Shown here: piece by piece, positions 17,586 through 26,774 of the stretch | How positions within the stretch are numbered: position 1 is the stretch's first letter | Layout: the number at the start of each line of letters is the position of its first letter | Notes under the pieces: generated by a model | Seen by the model: only the letters and a program-made list of their open reading frames with translations | Databases searched by the model: none | What the model was told of the DNA's origin: nothing | Assembly: GCA_024278655.1 (NCBI GenBank) | Contig: JAJRSV010000394.1 | Location: 1-30,097 of the forward strand | Reading direction: 5' to 3' | DNA from: Bacteroidota bacterium | GTDB taxonomy: Bacteria > Bacteroidota > Ignavibacteria > Ignavibacteriales > Ignavibacteriaceae | DNA length: 30,097 bases | Position numbers and translations under genes: made by a program

Positions 17586-18455
17586 ATGAAAAATATTTTT
17601 GAATATATATTGTTTCTTGGGTTCAGCCGGATGTTCCGGTTGATAGGTTTGCGTTTATCCAGAAAGTTTGCCGTAGTTCTGGCTTTTGTTTTTTACTACC
17701 TGATTCCCATTCGTAAGGAAACTGTAATCGATAATCTGCTTCATGCTTTTCCCGGATATGATGATAAGAAAATCCGGCAGATTGCATTCGATAATTATAA
17801 AAGTTTTGCAATTACACTGATTGAAATTTTGTATATGCCCGCAATGAGCAGCGAAGATATTAAGAAAGTTATTAAATGCAACAACGTGGAATACGTTCGT
17901 GAAAAATATAACGAGGGCAACGGCTTAATACTTCTTTCGGCACACTTCGGAAACTGGGAATTTATGGCTGCATCAATGGGTGTACAGCTTGGAGTGCCGC
18001 TTTCGATTGTGGTTAAACCTCAGCGTAATCCTTACGTTACCGATTGGCTTAACAGAACGCGTGCAAAGTGGAACAACCAAATTGTTCCGCTCGGTATTTC
18101 CATCAGAAAGATATATCAAACATTAAAAGAAAAAAAGATTGTGGCTATGGTTGCCGACCAGAGAGGTCCGCAGGAAAGCATAAAAGTTAATTTTTTCGGA
18201 AGAGAAGTTTCGGCACATGTAGGACCCGCAGTGCTTGCGTTAAAAACCGGCGCACCAATATTATACGGCGTTCCGGTAAGGCAGAAAGATTTTTCATACG
18301 AAACTGTGTTTACCGAAATATCGAAAGAAAACCTGCCCGATTCTCACGAAGAAAAAATAAAAGAACTAACGCAAAGGCATATGAGTTACCTTGAAGAATT
18401 CATAAGAAAATATCCCGAACAATGGTTGTGGATGTACAAACGATGGAAACACTGA
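17586..18455 (+). CDS. LpxL/HtrB-family lipid A (lysophospholipid) acyltransferase
   Basis: N-terminal membrane anchor; SAHFGNWE, VADQ and QWLWMYKRWK motifs. ATG 17586 has a CAGGA SD; the alternative start is 17544. Confidence 0.88.
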   Translation: MKNIFEYILFLGFSRMFRLIGLRLSRKFAVVLAFVFYYLIPIRKETVIDNLLHAFPGYDDKKIRQIAFDNYKSFAITLIEILYMPAMSSEDIKKVIKCNNVEYVREKYNEGNGLILLSAHFGNWEFMAASMGVQLGVPLSIVVKPQRNPYVTDWLNRTRAKWNNQIVPLGISIRKIYQTLKEKKIVAMVADQRGPQESIKVNFFGREVSAHVGPAVLALKTGAPILYGVPVRQKDFSYETVFTEISKENLPDSHEEKIKELTQRHMSYLEEFIRKYPEQWLWMYKRWKH

Positions 18456-19474
18456 AAGAAAAAATACTCGTTATTCAAACAGCATTTTTGGGTGATGCTG
18501 TTCTTACGCTTCCGTTAATCCAAAAGCTTAGTGAAATATTTCCGCAGTCGTTAATAGATGTAATTGCAATTCCGGCTACGGAAGAAATTTTCTCCGCTTC
18601 TCCTTATGTTTCAAGCGTGTTTGTGCTCGATAAAAAAGGCAGGCATAAAGGCATCAAGCGTTTAATCGGGTTTATATCGGAACTTAAGAAAAACAACTAC
18701 ACAAAACTGTATTCGCCGCACCGCTCTTTCCGAAGCGGACTTATTACTTTGGGACTCGGCGTTAAGGATTCATACGGTTTCGATACGAGCAGTTTTAAAT
18801 TCGCGTATAAAACTCTTGTTAAGTATAACCTGAATGATCACGAAGTGAAAAGAAATTTATCTCTCGTATCGAATGAATTGAATAATGATGATTGGAAAAT
18901 ATTACCCGAAGTAGAACTGAATGAAACATCCACTGAAAAAATAAAAAACTACGTGTCTGCTAATAATTTAAGTAAAGGGTTTATAGCAGTTGCGCCCGGC
19001 AGCGTGTGGCAAACAAAAGTTTATCCGCAGGAATACTTTGCAGAAATTGCAAAGGAATTATTGCATCGGAATGAAAAGATAGTTTTAATCGGCGGTGAGA
19101 ACGACAAGAACATTTGCGACGATATTGCATTTAATTTAGAGAAAAATGTATATGTTTCGGCAGGCGAATTTACCCCGGTAGAAACAATAGGTTTGCTGAA
19201 GTATTCTAAACTTTTAATTACCAACGACAGTGCACCGACTCATTTGGGAATGTGTGCCGATATTCCGGTAATTACTTTATATTGTTCAACTGTTCCGGGA
19301 TTTGGTTTTTATCCGTATAATAACGGAAGCTCTTATTTAAGTTACGACAAACTGGAGTGTAAACCCTGCGGTATTCACGGTTTCAATCAATGTCCGGTCG
19401 GCACTTTCGATTGCGGGTACAAACTTAAACCGGAAACCGTTATTCAAAAAATAAATAATATTTTGGGACGATGA
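18443..19474 (+). CDS. Glycosyltransferase family 9 (LPS heptosyltransferase RfaF/WaaF-like)
   Basis: KILVIQTAFLGDAVL, APGSVWQTKVYP, ITNDSAPTHLG and C-terminal CKPCGIHG..C. The likely start, ATG 18443, overlaps the upstream stop. Confidence 0.9.
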   Translation: METLKEKILVIQTAFLGDAVLTLPLIQKLSEIFPQSLIDVIAIPATEEIFSASPYVSSVFVLDKKGRHKGIKRLIGFISELKKNNYTKLYSPHRSFRSGLITLGLGVKDSYGFDTSSFKFAYKTLVKYNLNDHEVKRNLSLVSNELNNDDWKILPEVELNETSTEKIKNYVSANNLSKGFIAVAPGSVWQTKVYPQEYFAEIAKELLHRNEKIVLIGGENDKNICDDIAFNLEKNVYVSAGEFTPVETIGLLKYSKLLITNDSAPTHLGMCADIPVITLYCSTVPGFGFYPYNNGSSYLSYDKLECKPCGIHGFNQCPVGTFDCGYKLKPETVIQKINNILGR

Positions 19475-20100
19475 ACAAACAAGCGGCACTAATAAATATC
19501 GATAAGGATTTTCAACGCGCGGTGGAAGAAGCGGCGCGGCTGTATGAATCGGGCGAGGTGTTCGTGTATCCTACCGATACTATTTACGGTTTCGGATGCA
19601 ATCCGTTTAATGACCATGCAACGGAAATGATCGACACTATCAAGGAGAGAAAGCAGGAGAAAAGATACATTTTACTAATCGACAGCATAGACACGCTTAA
19701 TAATTACGTTGAATTCAGGAATGATAATCAAAAAGATTTTTTGAATAAGATATGGCCGGGTCCTGTTTCGGCAGTGCTTAATTTGAATGCCCGGATGCAC
19801 TCGAAGCTTAATTATTTTACGGCTGCATTTCGCATTCCCGAAAATAAATTTTGTAAAGAGCTGCTTGCAAGTATTAAGTTGCCGCTTGTTTCAACAAGTG
19901 TAAACCGGAGGGACGAAAAACCCCTGAATGATTATAAAGAAATTGCACGGATGTTCGGAGACAAAATAAGTGCAATATTCTATACTGATAAGCCGGGTAC
20001 TGTTACCGCATCAACACTTATCGATTTAACGGGCGAAGAACCCGTTTTGCTAAGGGAAGGTAAAATTAAATTCGTAGAATTGATGAAAAAGTTCGGTTAG
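19471..20100 (+). CDS. tsaC: L-threonylcarbamoyladenylate synthase (YrdC/TsaC type, no Sua5 C-terminal domain)
   Basis: YPTDTIYGFGC, K-x-R motif, WPGPVS, STSVN and STLIDLT...LLREG; ATGA overlap with the GT9 gene. Confidence 0.92.
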   Translation: MNKQAALINIDKDFQRAVEEAARLYESGEVFVYPTDTIYGFGCNPFNDHATEMIDTIKERKQEKRYILLIDSIDTLNNYVEFRNDNQKDFLNKIWPGPVSAVLNLNARMHSKLNYFTAAFRIPENKFCKELLASIKLPLVSTSVNRRDEKPLNDYKEIARMFGDKISAIFYTDKPGTVTASTLIDLTGEEPVLLREGKIKFVELMKKFG

Positions 20101-20138
20101 ATTAGCACTTTGATTTTTTTAATATTTATATTTTTGAT

Positions 20139-20969
20139 ATGAAGTTGTTTAATTACATAAAAAATGTAAAAAGATTTTCGATAATATTCATCCCCGATGA
20201 TCCATCGAAAGAAGCCCGCTCGGTAAAGTTTTCAATTAAAAACTTGTTCATGTGGCTTGCCGGGTATTCGGTTTTTTTCATCTTTTTAGGATTTTATGCA
20301 ATCACACTCACTGGGCTGGATTTTTATCTGCTTCCGGCTAACACTGGTCTTAAGGAAGCCGACAGACAAAAAATAGAGCAGTTGAATAAAAAAATTATTT
20401 TCCTTGCCAAAGAGCTTCAAAGCTTAAAGGTTACTAACGACGAGTTAATGAACGCGCTCATTCTCGGCGACTCTACTATATTCGATTCGCTTCAGCATAA
20501 TGCCGATTCGCTGAAGCAGCAAAAAACAAATGCGCAGGGAGATGTATTCAACGTTATTAAAAAATTATTTTTTAACGATGCAGCCGGAAATGGAGAGCTT
20601 GTTTTCGTTCAACCGGTACTTGGTTACATAAGCAGAAAGTTCAATCCCGATAAAGGACACATGGGAACCGACTTTGCAGTAAAGCAGGGAACACCGGTTT
20701 ATGCGGCAGCCGGTGGTTATGTGGTTTTTTCGGACTATACGATTGACGACGGCTATATGATTATCATGCTTCATATTGACGGATACATCACGGTTTATAA
20801 GCATTGTTCTTCGTTAATCAAACATCAGCGGGAACGAGTTAAACAGGGAGAACTGATAGCTTTAAGCGGTAATACGGGAAAGCATACAACCGGTCCTCAT
20901 CTTCATTTTGAAATATGGAAAGACGGTAAACCGATAGACCCTGAAAAATTAATAATCAATAACAATTAG
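20139..20969 (+). CDS. Membrane-anchored M23-family peptidoglycan endopeptidase
   Basis: TM segment, coiled coil, then an M23 domain with intact Zn ligands HMGTD (HxxxD) and HLH. Confidence 0.93.
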   Translation: MKLFNYIKNVKRFSIIFIPDDPSKEARSVKFSIKNLFMWLAGYSVFFIFLGFYAITLTGLDFYLLPANTGLKEADRQKIEQLNKKIIFLAKELQSLKVTNDELMNALILGDSTIFDSLQHNADSLKQQKTNAQGDVFNVIKKLFFNDAAGNGELVFVQPVLGYISRKFNPDKGHMGTDFAVKQGTPVYAAAGGYVVFSDYTIDDGYMIIMLHIDGYITVYKHCSSLIKHQRERVKQGELIALSGNTGKHTTGPHLHFEIWKDGKPIDPEKLIINNN

Positions 20970-20986
20970 TTAAGGAGGAAGTAAAC

Positions 20987-21382
20987 TTGAAAACCAAAGC
21001 ATTTAACGGCAGTCCGGAAGATATTACTATCATAAGCAACGGGGTTAAAATCGAAGGAAAAGTTTCGAGCAACGGAAGTATCCGCATCGACGGATCCATT
21101 CAAGGCGATTTAACCGCCAAAGGAAATGTAACCATTGGTGAGCAGGGCGATATTAACGGTCAGATAACTGCAAACTCGGTTACAATAGGCGGTAAAGTTG
21201 TTGGAACAGTAAACGCCAAAGAAAAACTTGTTCTCGAATCGAACTCGACTTTGAAAGGCGATATTATAACCAAAGTACTGGTAATTGAAGCAGGTGCCAA
21301 GTTCGACGGTAAAAGTAATATGGGAGAAGCAGGCAGCGGATCCTCCTTTACTCAGCCGAAACCGCCTTCCGCTTCAACATAA
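20987..21382 (+). CDS. Bactofilin (polymer-forming cytoskeletal protein)
   Basis: TIISNGVKIEGKV...IRIDG...GNVTIG...ANSVTIGGKVVG...IEAGAKFDG beta-helix repeats; TTG start with an AAGGAGG SD. Confidence 0.95.
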   Translation: MKTKAFNGSPEDITIISNGVKIEGKVSSNGSIRIDGSIQGDLTAKGNVTIGEQGDINGQITANSVTIGGKVVGTVNAKEKLVLESNSTLKGDIITKVLVIEAGAKFDGKSNMGEAGSGSSFTQPKPPSAST

Positions 21383-21385
21383 AAT

Positions 21386-21622
21386 ATGGAACGGGAGCCC
21401 GATAAATTTAAGAAAGCAAATAAAATTTACAGGGATATTGCCCCCTACGTTGGGTTGGGGATGCAGCTTGGCTTAACCGTAACAATTATGGCTTTTATAG
21501 GAGTATGGCTCGATGATAAATTCGATACAAAACCTGTACTTACAATTGTATGCTCGTTGTTCGGAGTGTTTGCCGGCATGTATAATTTTATTAAAAGCGT
21601 AACCAAAGCCGGTAAAAAATGA
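21386..21622 (+). CDS. atpZ: AtpZ/AtpI-family membrane protein (ATPase gene 1)
   Basis: Two TM helices with the GVWLDDKFDTKP motif; first gene of the atp cluster. Confidence 0.85.
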   Translation: MEREPDKFKKANKIYRDIAPYVGLGMQLGLTVTIMAFIGVWLDDKFDTKPVLTIVCSLFGVFAGMYNFIKSVTKAGKK

Positions 21623-21990
21623 AATCCCGGGAATTCCTCATAGTAAGTATTAGTTTATCCGTCGCTTTATTAATCCTGTTATTTTTTCTTTCGCTGGATT
21701 TTGAACCGACCATTGTTTACAAATCCATTTTTCTGGGCAACTCACTTGCTTTCCTTAATTTCTTGCTCGGACTGGCGTTTATCACTTACGGACTGAGTAA
21801 ACCCGACAACATTTTCCTGCAATCGGTATTTGCAGGGGTTCTCCTGCGCCTTATTGTATTGCTTGTTCTGGTTATTCTTACGCTTAAATTCTTGGAAATA
21901 AATGATATAAGTTATATATTTTCACTCTTATTTTTTTACATTTTTTACATTGTAATCGAAGTAATTTACCTAATCCTTAGAAAACGATAA
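21619..21990 (+). CDS. ATP synthase protein I-like 4-TM membrane protein
   Basis: 123 aa with four hydrophobic helices and the F..V..G..LRL pattern; lies between atpZ and atpB. Confidence 0.7.
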   Translation: MKSREFLIVSISLSVALLILLFFLSLDFEPTIVYKSIFLGNSLAFLNFLLGLAFITYGLSKPDNIFLQSVFAGVLLRLIVLLVLVILTLKFLEINDISYIFSLLFFYIFYIVIEVIYLILRKR

Positions 21991-22000
21991 ATAACACTAT

Positions 22001-22852
22001 ATGACTTCAAATATTGCGGCAGATTCGTTACAAACTGCTGTTGATTCGGTAAAAAGCGCTGGCGGAGAAGGAAGCGGTTGGATTCTTCACCATATTCAGG
22101 ATGCCAAGGAATTGGATTTTATGCCTTTCGGCTCAATTCATATTCCTCAGTTTCCGACCTTGTTCGGTATTGATATTACCCCGACTAAACATGTTTTCTT
22201 TATGTGGCTTTCGGCATTGTTAGTGCTTATTACTTTTATAAGCGTTGCACGAAGCTACAAGAAATCATTAGTGCCAAGGGGATTTGCAAACTTCTTCGAA
22301 GTGTTTATTATTTTTGTTAGAGATGAGATTGCGCGACCGACAATCGGTACGGGATACGAAAAGTTTGTTCCGTTTCTGCTTTCACTTTTCTTTTTTATTC
22401 TCTACGGAAACTTCCTGGGGCTCGTCCCCTGGTCGGCTACGTTTACAAGTAATATTGCAATTACTGCCGGACTGGCAATAATCTCATTCGTTGCAATTCA
22501 AGTCGGCGGAATAAAACAGAACGGATTTATCGGATATTTTAAGGGAATGATTCCACATGGTGTGCCGGCGGCATTAATTCCTTTAATGGCACTTGTTGAG
22601 TTTTTGGGATTGTTCACAAAGCCGTTTGCATTGTGCATTCGTCTTTTTGCAAACATGATTGCCGGTCATACGGTTATACTTGCATTATTGGGTTTGATAT
22701 TTTTTATGGGAACTGCTTATGTTGGAGTAGTAGCGGTTCCGTTTGCATTGTTTATTTATTTGCTTGAAATATTGGTAGCATTAATTCAGGCATATATATT
22801 TACCATCCTTACAAGCTTGTTTATAGGGATGGCGGTACATCAGGAACATTAA
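22001..22852 (+). CDS. atpB: F0F1 ATP synthase subunit a
   Basis: YGNFLGLVPW, TSNIAIT, and essential Arg in LCIRLFANMIAGH; EILVALIQAYIFTIL. Confidence 0.98.
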   Translation: MTSNIAADSLQTAVDSVKSAGGEGSGWILHHIQDAKELDFMPFGSIHIPQFPTLFGIDITPTKHVFFMWLSALLVLITFISVARSYKKSLVPRGFANFFEVFIIFVRDEIARPTIGTGYEKFVPFLLSLFFFILYGNFLGLVPWSATFTSNIAITAGLAIISFVAIQVGGIKQNGFIGYFKGMIPHGVPAALIPLMALVEFLGLFTKPFALCIRLFANMIAGHTVILALLGLIFFMGTAYVGVVAVPFALFIYLLEILVALIQAYIFTILTSLFIGMAVHQEH

Positions 22853-22883
22853 TTAATCAACAAAAAATAGAAGGAGAAAATAA

Positions 22884-23105
22884 ATGGATTTAGCATGGTT
22901 AGCAGCAGGTCTTGGCGCTGGTTTAGTTGTTATCGGCGGTGGGCTTGGAATAGGTAAACTTGCAAGCTCGGCTATGGACGCAAGCGGAAGACAGCCGGAA
23001 GCTGCCGGTGCAATCAGAACTTCAATGATTATTGCAGCTGCGCTTATCGAAGGTATTTCATTCTTCGGTTTGGTTATTTGTATTCTTCTTGCGCTTAAAG
23101 CGTAA
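22884..23105 (+). CDS. atpE: F0F1 ATP synthase subunit c (H+-type)
   Basis: GxGxG helix, RQPE loop and carboxyl ALIEG. The Na+ ligands (Gln in helix 1, E-S/T in helix 2) are absent. Confidence 0.98.
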   Translation: MDLAWLAAGLGAGLVVIGGGLGIGKLASSAMDASGRQPEAAGAIRTSMIIAAALIEGISFFGLVICILLALKA

Positions 23106-23132
23106 TTAGTGGATTATTTTTTTAACCACTAA
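23106..23132 (+). promoter_or_regulatory. Stem-loop immediately 3' of atpE
   Basis: TTAGTGG (23106-23112) pairs with CCACTAA (23126-23132), extendable by 3 bp after a bulge. Confidence 0.45.
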
Positions 23133-23158
23133 AATTAATTAGATAAGGAATATAAAAG

Positions 23159-23698
23159 ATGCTCGCTGAAATTTTATTAGCCGTAGTGGCATCCGAAGGA
23201 GGCGGCGGTTCGCTTATTGATGTGAACCCCGGGCTTATCTTCTGGACATGGGTGACTTTTATAATACTGATGATAGTATTATATAAGATTGCCTGGAAGC
23301 CGATTCTTGCAGCACTTAATCAGCGCGAAAAAGATATTGAAGACTCGTTAAACAAGGCAGAGCAGGCAAAGCTCGAAGCTCAGAAAATTCTGGAAGAGAA
23401 TCAGGCGAGTCTTGCAAAAGCCGAAGAAGAGTCGAAAAAGATAATAGAGCAAAGCAGGGCTTATGCCGAGAATCTTAAAGAACAAATACTTAAGGAAAGC
23501 AAGGAACAGGCGAAGAAGATAATTGATGATGCCGGTGCGGAAATCGAAAGACAGAAAGAAGCTGCATTCGACGAACTGAAAACTCAGGTTGCCGAAATTG
23601 CGGTTCAGGCAGCGGAAAAGATTATGAAAGAAAACCTCGACAAAGATAAAAATAAGAAGATAGTCGAGAAATATTTAGGCGAAATAAGTAAGAATTAA
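23159..23698 (+). CDS. atpF: F0F1 ATP synthase subunit b
   Basis: NPGLIFWT TM segment, WKPILAALNQRE and a long charged coiled coil. Confidence 0.97.
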   Translation: MLAEILLAVVASEGGGGSLIDVNPGLIFWTWVTFIILMIVLYKIAWKPILAALNQREKDIEDSLNKAEQAKLEAQKILEENQASLAKAEEESKKIIEQSRAYAENLKEQILKESKEQAKKIIDDAGAEIERQKEAAFDELKTQVAEIAVQAAEKIMKENLDKDKNKKIVEKYLGEISKN

Positions 23699-23700
23699 AG

Positions 23701-24258
23701 ATGGCAAGCAATATTAAAGTTGCAAATAGGTATGCTAACTCTCTTATCGGGAATGCAATAGAAAAGCAGAATCTTGATAAGGTGTATGAAGATATGCAGT
23801 TGCTGTTGGGTTCATTCGATGTTAGCAGGGAATTGAAACGTGCAATCGAAAGCCCGGTAATAAGACCGGAAGTAAAGCTTTCGATTATAGATGAGTTGTT
23901 TAAAAACCGTATGGATAAAGACTCACTTAACTTTATCCATTTTGTAATTGAAAAAAGAAGAGAAAACGTTCTTTACGAAATTGCAAAAAGATTTCTTGAA
24001 CTAAGAGATGAGCATCTCGGTATAGTTAATATTGATGTAAAAACCGCTTTTGAATTCGTTGACGAGCAGAAGCAGAAGCTGAAAGAGAAATTTGAGTACA
24101 TACTTAGCAAAAAAGCTATGCTCAGGTTTCGGGTTGATGAGACACTTATTGGCGGGTTTATTGCGCAGGTAGGCGATACGGTATTCGATGCTTCGTTAAA
24201 GCATCAGCTCGAGCTTCTCAAAAAAGAATTCGTCCGCGGCGGTTTATCTCTTAATTAA
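23701..24258 (+). CDS. atpH: F0F1 ATP synthase subunit delta
   Basis: VANRYANSL and VDETLIGGFIAQVGDTVFDAS. Confidence 0.97.
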   Translation: MASNIKVANRYANSLIGNAIEKQNLDKVYEDMQLLLGSFDVSRELKRAIESPVIRPEVKLSIIDELFKNRMDKDSLNFIHFVIEKRRENVLYEIAKRFLELRDEHLGIVNIDVKTAFEFVDEQKQKLKEKFEYILSKKAMLRFRVDETLIGGFIAQVGDTVFDASLKHQLELLKKEFVRGGLSLN

Positions 24259-24286
24259 CTAAGAATTTTTTAAAGGAATAAAGAAT

Positions 24287-25840
24287 ATGGCAGAAGTAAG
24301 ACCAGACGAAATTAGTGCGATATTAAGGAAACAGCTTTCCGGTTACGAAAGCGAAACCGATATTTACGATGTTGGAACCGTGCTGCAGGTTGGCGACGGT
24401 ATTGCACGTGTTTACGGTTTAAGTAAAGTGATGGCAAGTGAGCTTGTTGAGTTTCCGAATGATGTTTTCGGAATGGTGCTCAACCTTGAAGAAGACAGCG
24501 TTGGTTGTGTGTTATTCGGCGAGAGCTCGCTGGTAAAAGAAGGCGATACCGTTAAAAGAACCAAACGCGTGGCATCGCTTCCTGTAGGCGAAGAAATGCT
24601 TGGCAGGGTTGTTAATCCTCTCGGCATTCCTATCGACGGTAAAGGCGCTATTCAAACAGAAAAGTTTTTACCCATAGAGCGTAAAGCTCTCGGTGTTATT
24701 CAGCGCCAGCCGGTTAAAGAACCGCTGCAGACCGGTATTACCGCTATCGATGCGATGATACCAATCGGTAGAGGACAGAGAGAGTTGATAATCGGTGACA
24801 GACAAACCGGAAAAACTGCAGTTGCAATCGATGCGATAATAAATCAGAAAATTACTCATACCGAAGAGGCAAAAGCGTTAGGTATCGAGCCTGTTTATTG
24901 TATTTATGTTGCTATTGGTCAAAAGAGCTCTACCGTTGCCCAGGTTGTTGCAAAACTGCAGGAACACGGCGCAATGGAATATACTACTGTTATTACTGCA
25001 TCTGCCTGGGAACCGGCACCGCTTCAGTTTATTGCTCCTTATTCCGGTGCAACCTTAGGCGAATACTTCAGAGACAGCGGAAGACATGCGCTGGTTGTTT
25101 ACGATGACCTTTCGAAACAAGCACAGGCATACAGAGAGCTTTCACTCTTATTAAGAAGACCTCCGGGACGCGAAGCATATCCCGGCGATGTATTTTATCT
25201 TCACTCAAGACTTCTTGAAAGAGCATCGAAATTAAGTGATGATTTGGGCGGCGGAAGTTTAACCGCTCTGCCGATTATCGAAACGCAACAAGGTGACGTT
25301 TCGGCTTACATTCCTACAAACGTTATCTCTATTACCGACGGACAGATCTACCTTGAGTCAAGCTTGTTCAACGCAGGCGTTCGTCCTGCTATTAACGTTG
25401 GTATTTCGGTTTCGCGTGTTGGTGGTAATGCACAGATTAAAGCGATGAAAAAAGTTGCCGGTACTCTTAAACTCGACCTTGCACAGTACAGGGAACTTGA
25501 AGCATTTGCAAAGTTCGGTTCCGATTTGGATAAAGCAACTCAAAGAACTCTTGCAAAAGGTGCCCGTCTGGTTGAGCTGCTTAAGCAGGGACAGTACTCG
25601 CCCGTGACGGTTGAAAGACAAGTGGTAAGTATTTATCTTGGAACAAACGGTTATATGGACGGCATACCGGTTCACGAAATAAATCGTTTTGAAAAAGAAG
25701 CTCTTGAATTCTTCGAGGTTAAGCATAACGATATTTTCGAAACCATTAAAAAAGAAAAGACAATAAACGAAGAATTAGAAGAAAAGATTAAAAAAGCTGC
25801 CGAGGAATTTTTAGGTGTATTTAAAGTAAGTGCGGAGTAA
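24287..25840 (+). CDS. atpA: F0F1 ATP synthase subunit alpha
   Basis: [11 protein letters not shown], Walker [31 protein letters not shown] and GISVSRVGG. Confidence 0.99.
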   Translation: MAEVRPDEISAILRKQLSGYESETDIYDVGTVLQVGDGIARVYGLSKVMASELVEFPNDVFGMVLNLEEDSVGCVLFGESSLVKEGDTVKRTKRVASLPVGEEMLGRVVNPLGIPIDGKGAIQTEKFLPIERKALGVIQRQPVKEPLQTGITAIDAMIPIGRGQRELIIGDRQTGKTAVAIDAIINQKITHTEEAKALGIEPVYCIYVAIGQKSSTVAQVVAKLQEHGAMEYTTVITASAWEPAPLQFIAPYSGATLGEYFRDSGRHALVVYDDLSKQAQAYRELSLLLRRPPGREAYPGDVFYLHSRLLERASKLSDDLGGGSLTALPIIETQQGDVSAYIPTNVISITDGQIYLESSLFNAGVRPAINVGISVSRVGGNAQIKAMKKVAGTLKLDLAQYRELEAFAKFGSDLDKATQRTLAKGARLVELLKQGQYSPVTVERQVVSIYLGTNGYMDGIPVHEINRFEKEALEFFEVKHNDIFETIKKEKTINEELEEKIKKAAEEFLGVFKVSAE

Positions 25841-25853
25841 TTAAGAAAAACTA

Positions 25854-26729
25854 ATGGCAACATTACGCGACATAAAAAGAAGAATAGTTGGTGTTAAAAG
25901 CACGCAGCAGATTACCAAAGCGATGAAGATGGTTGCTGCCGCAAGATTAAGAAGAGCACAAAACAATGTTGTTAATGCACGTCCGTATTCCGAAGAAATA
26001 GAAGGGCTGCTGCTCCGTTTGGCTACTCCCGAAGCGGTTGAAACAAATCCTTTCTTCGAGCGGCGCGAAGTTAAAAACGCTGCTATAATTGTTGTAACTG
26101 CCGACAGGGGTCTTTGCGGTGCTTTTAATCAGAATATTATTAAAGAAGCAGAACGGTATATTGAAGAAGAACTGAAGCCCGAAGAAATTAATTATAAGAT
26201 ATACAGCATCGGAAAAAAAGCTACCGACTATTTTACTAAAAACGATTATCCGGTATTCGAACAGGTAACGGGATTATTCTCGTCGCTTAATTATAACTCG
26301 GCACTTGAGATAAGTAATAAAATTATTCCTGCTTTTTTAGACGGAACTTTCGACAGGGTTGTACTGATTTATAATATGTTTGTTTCTATAATTCGGCAAA
26401 AACTTGTTGTAAAACAATTTCTGCCGGTGCCGATGGAAGAAGGCGAAGAAACCGATAATTCGAATTACATTTTTGAACCGGATCAGGGATATATTTTTGA
26501 TTTTCTTGTACCTAAACATCTTAAAGCGCAGGTGTGGAGGGCATTGTTAGAATCGTACGCAGCCGAGCTTGCCGCAAGAATGACAGCAATGGATAACGCA
26601 ACTACGAATGCAGAGGAAATGATAAAACAATTGAACCTTACTTATAATAAAGAAAGACAGGCGGCAATTACAAAAGAGATTCTTGAAATTGTATCCGGCG
26701 CTAATGCACTTAAAGCCAGTTCGCAGTAA
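25854..26729 (+). CDS. atpG: F0F1 ATP synthase subunit gamma
   Basis: ITKAMKMVAAARL, ADRGLCGAFN and ARMTAMDNATTNA...RQAAITKEILEIVSGA. Confidence 0.99.
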   Translation: MATLRDIKRRIVGVKSTQQITKAMKMVAAARLRRAQNNVVNARPYSEEIEGLLLRLATPEAVETNPFFERREVKNAAIIVVTADRGLCGAFNQNIIKEAERYIEEELKPEEINYKIYSIGKKATDYFTKNDYPVFEQVTGLFSSLNYNSALEISNKIIPAFLDGTFDRVVLIYNMFVSIIRQKLVVKQFLPVPMEEGEETDNSNYIFEPDQGYIFDFLVPKHLKAQVWRALLESYAAELAARMTAMDNATTNAEEMIKQLNLTYNKERQAAITKEILEIVSGANALKASSQ

Positions 26730-26757
26730 TTCCGATGAATGTTTTAATAAACGGCAA

Positions 26758-26774
26758 TCGTAGGGTAACTACGA
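26758..26774 (+). promoter_or_regulatory. Small hairpin abutting the ffh start codon
   Basis: TCGTAG-ggtaa-CTACGA ends at 26774; the ATG is at 26775. Confidence 0.35.

Noticed and set aside
22884-23105. Na+-translocating ATP synthase or N-ATPase
   Set aside because: Subunit c lacks the Gln and E-S/T ligands. Delta is present and atpD/atpC do not lead the operon, unlike N-ATPase operons.
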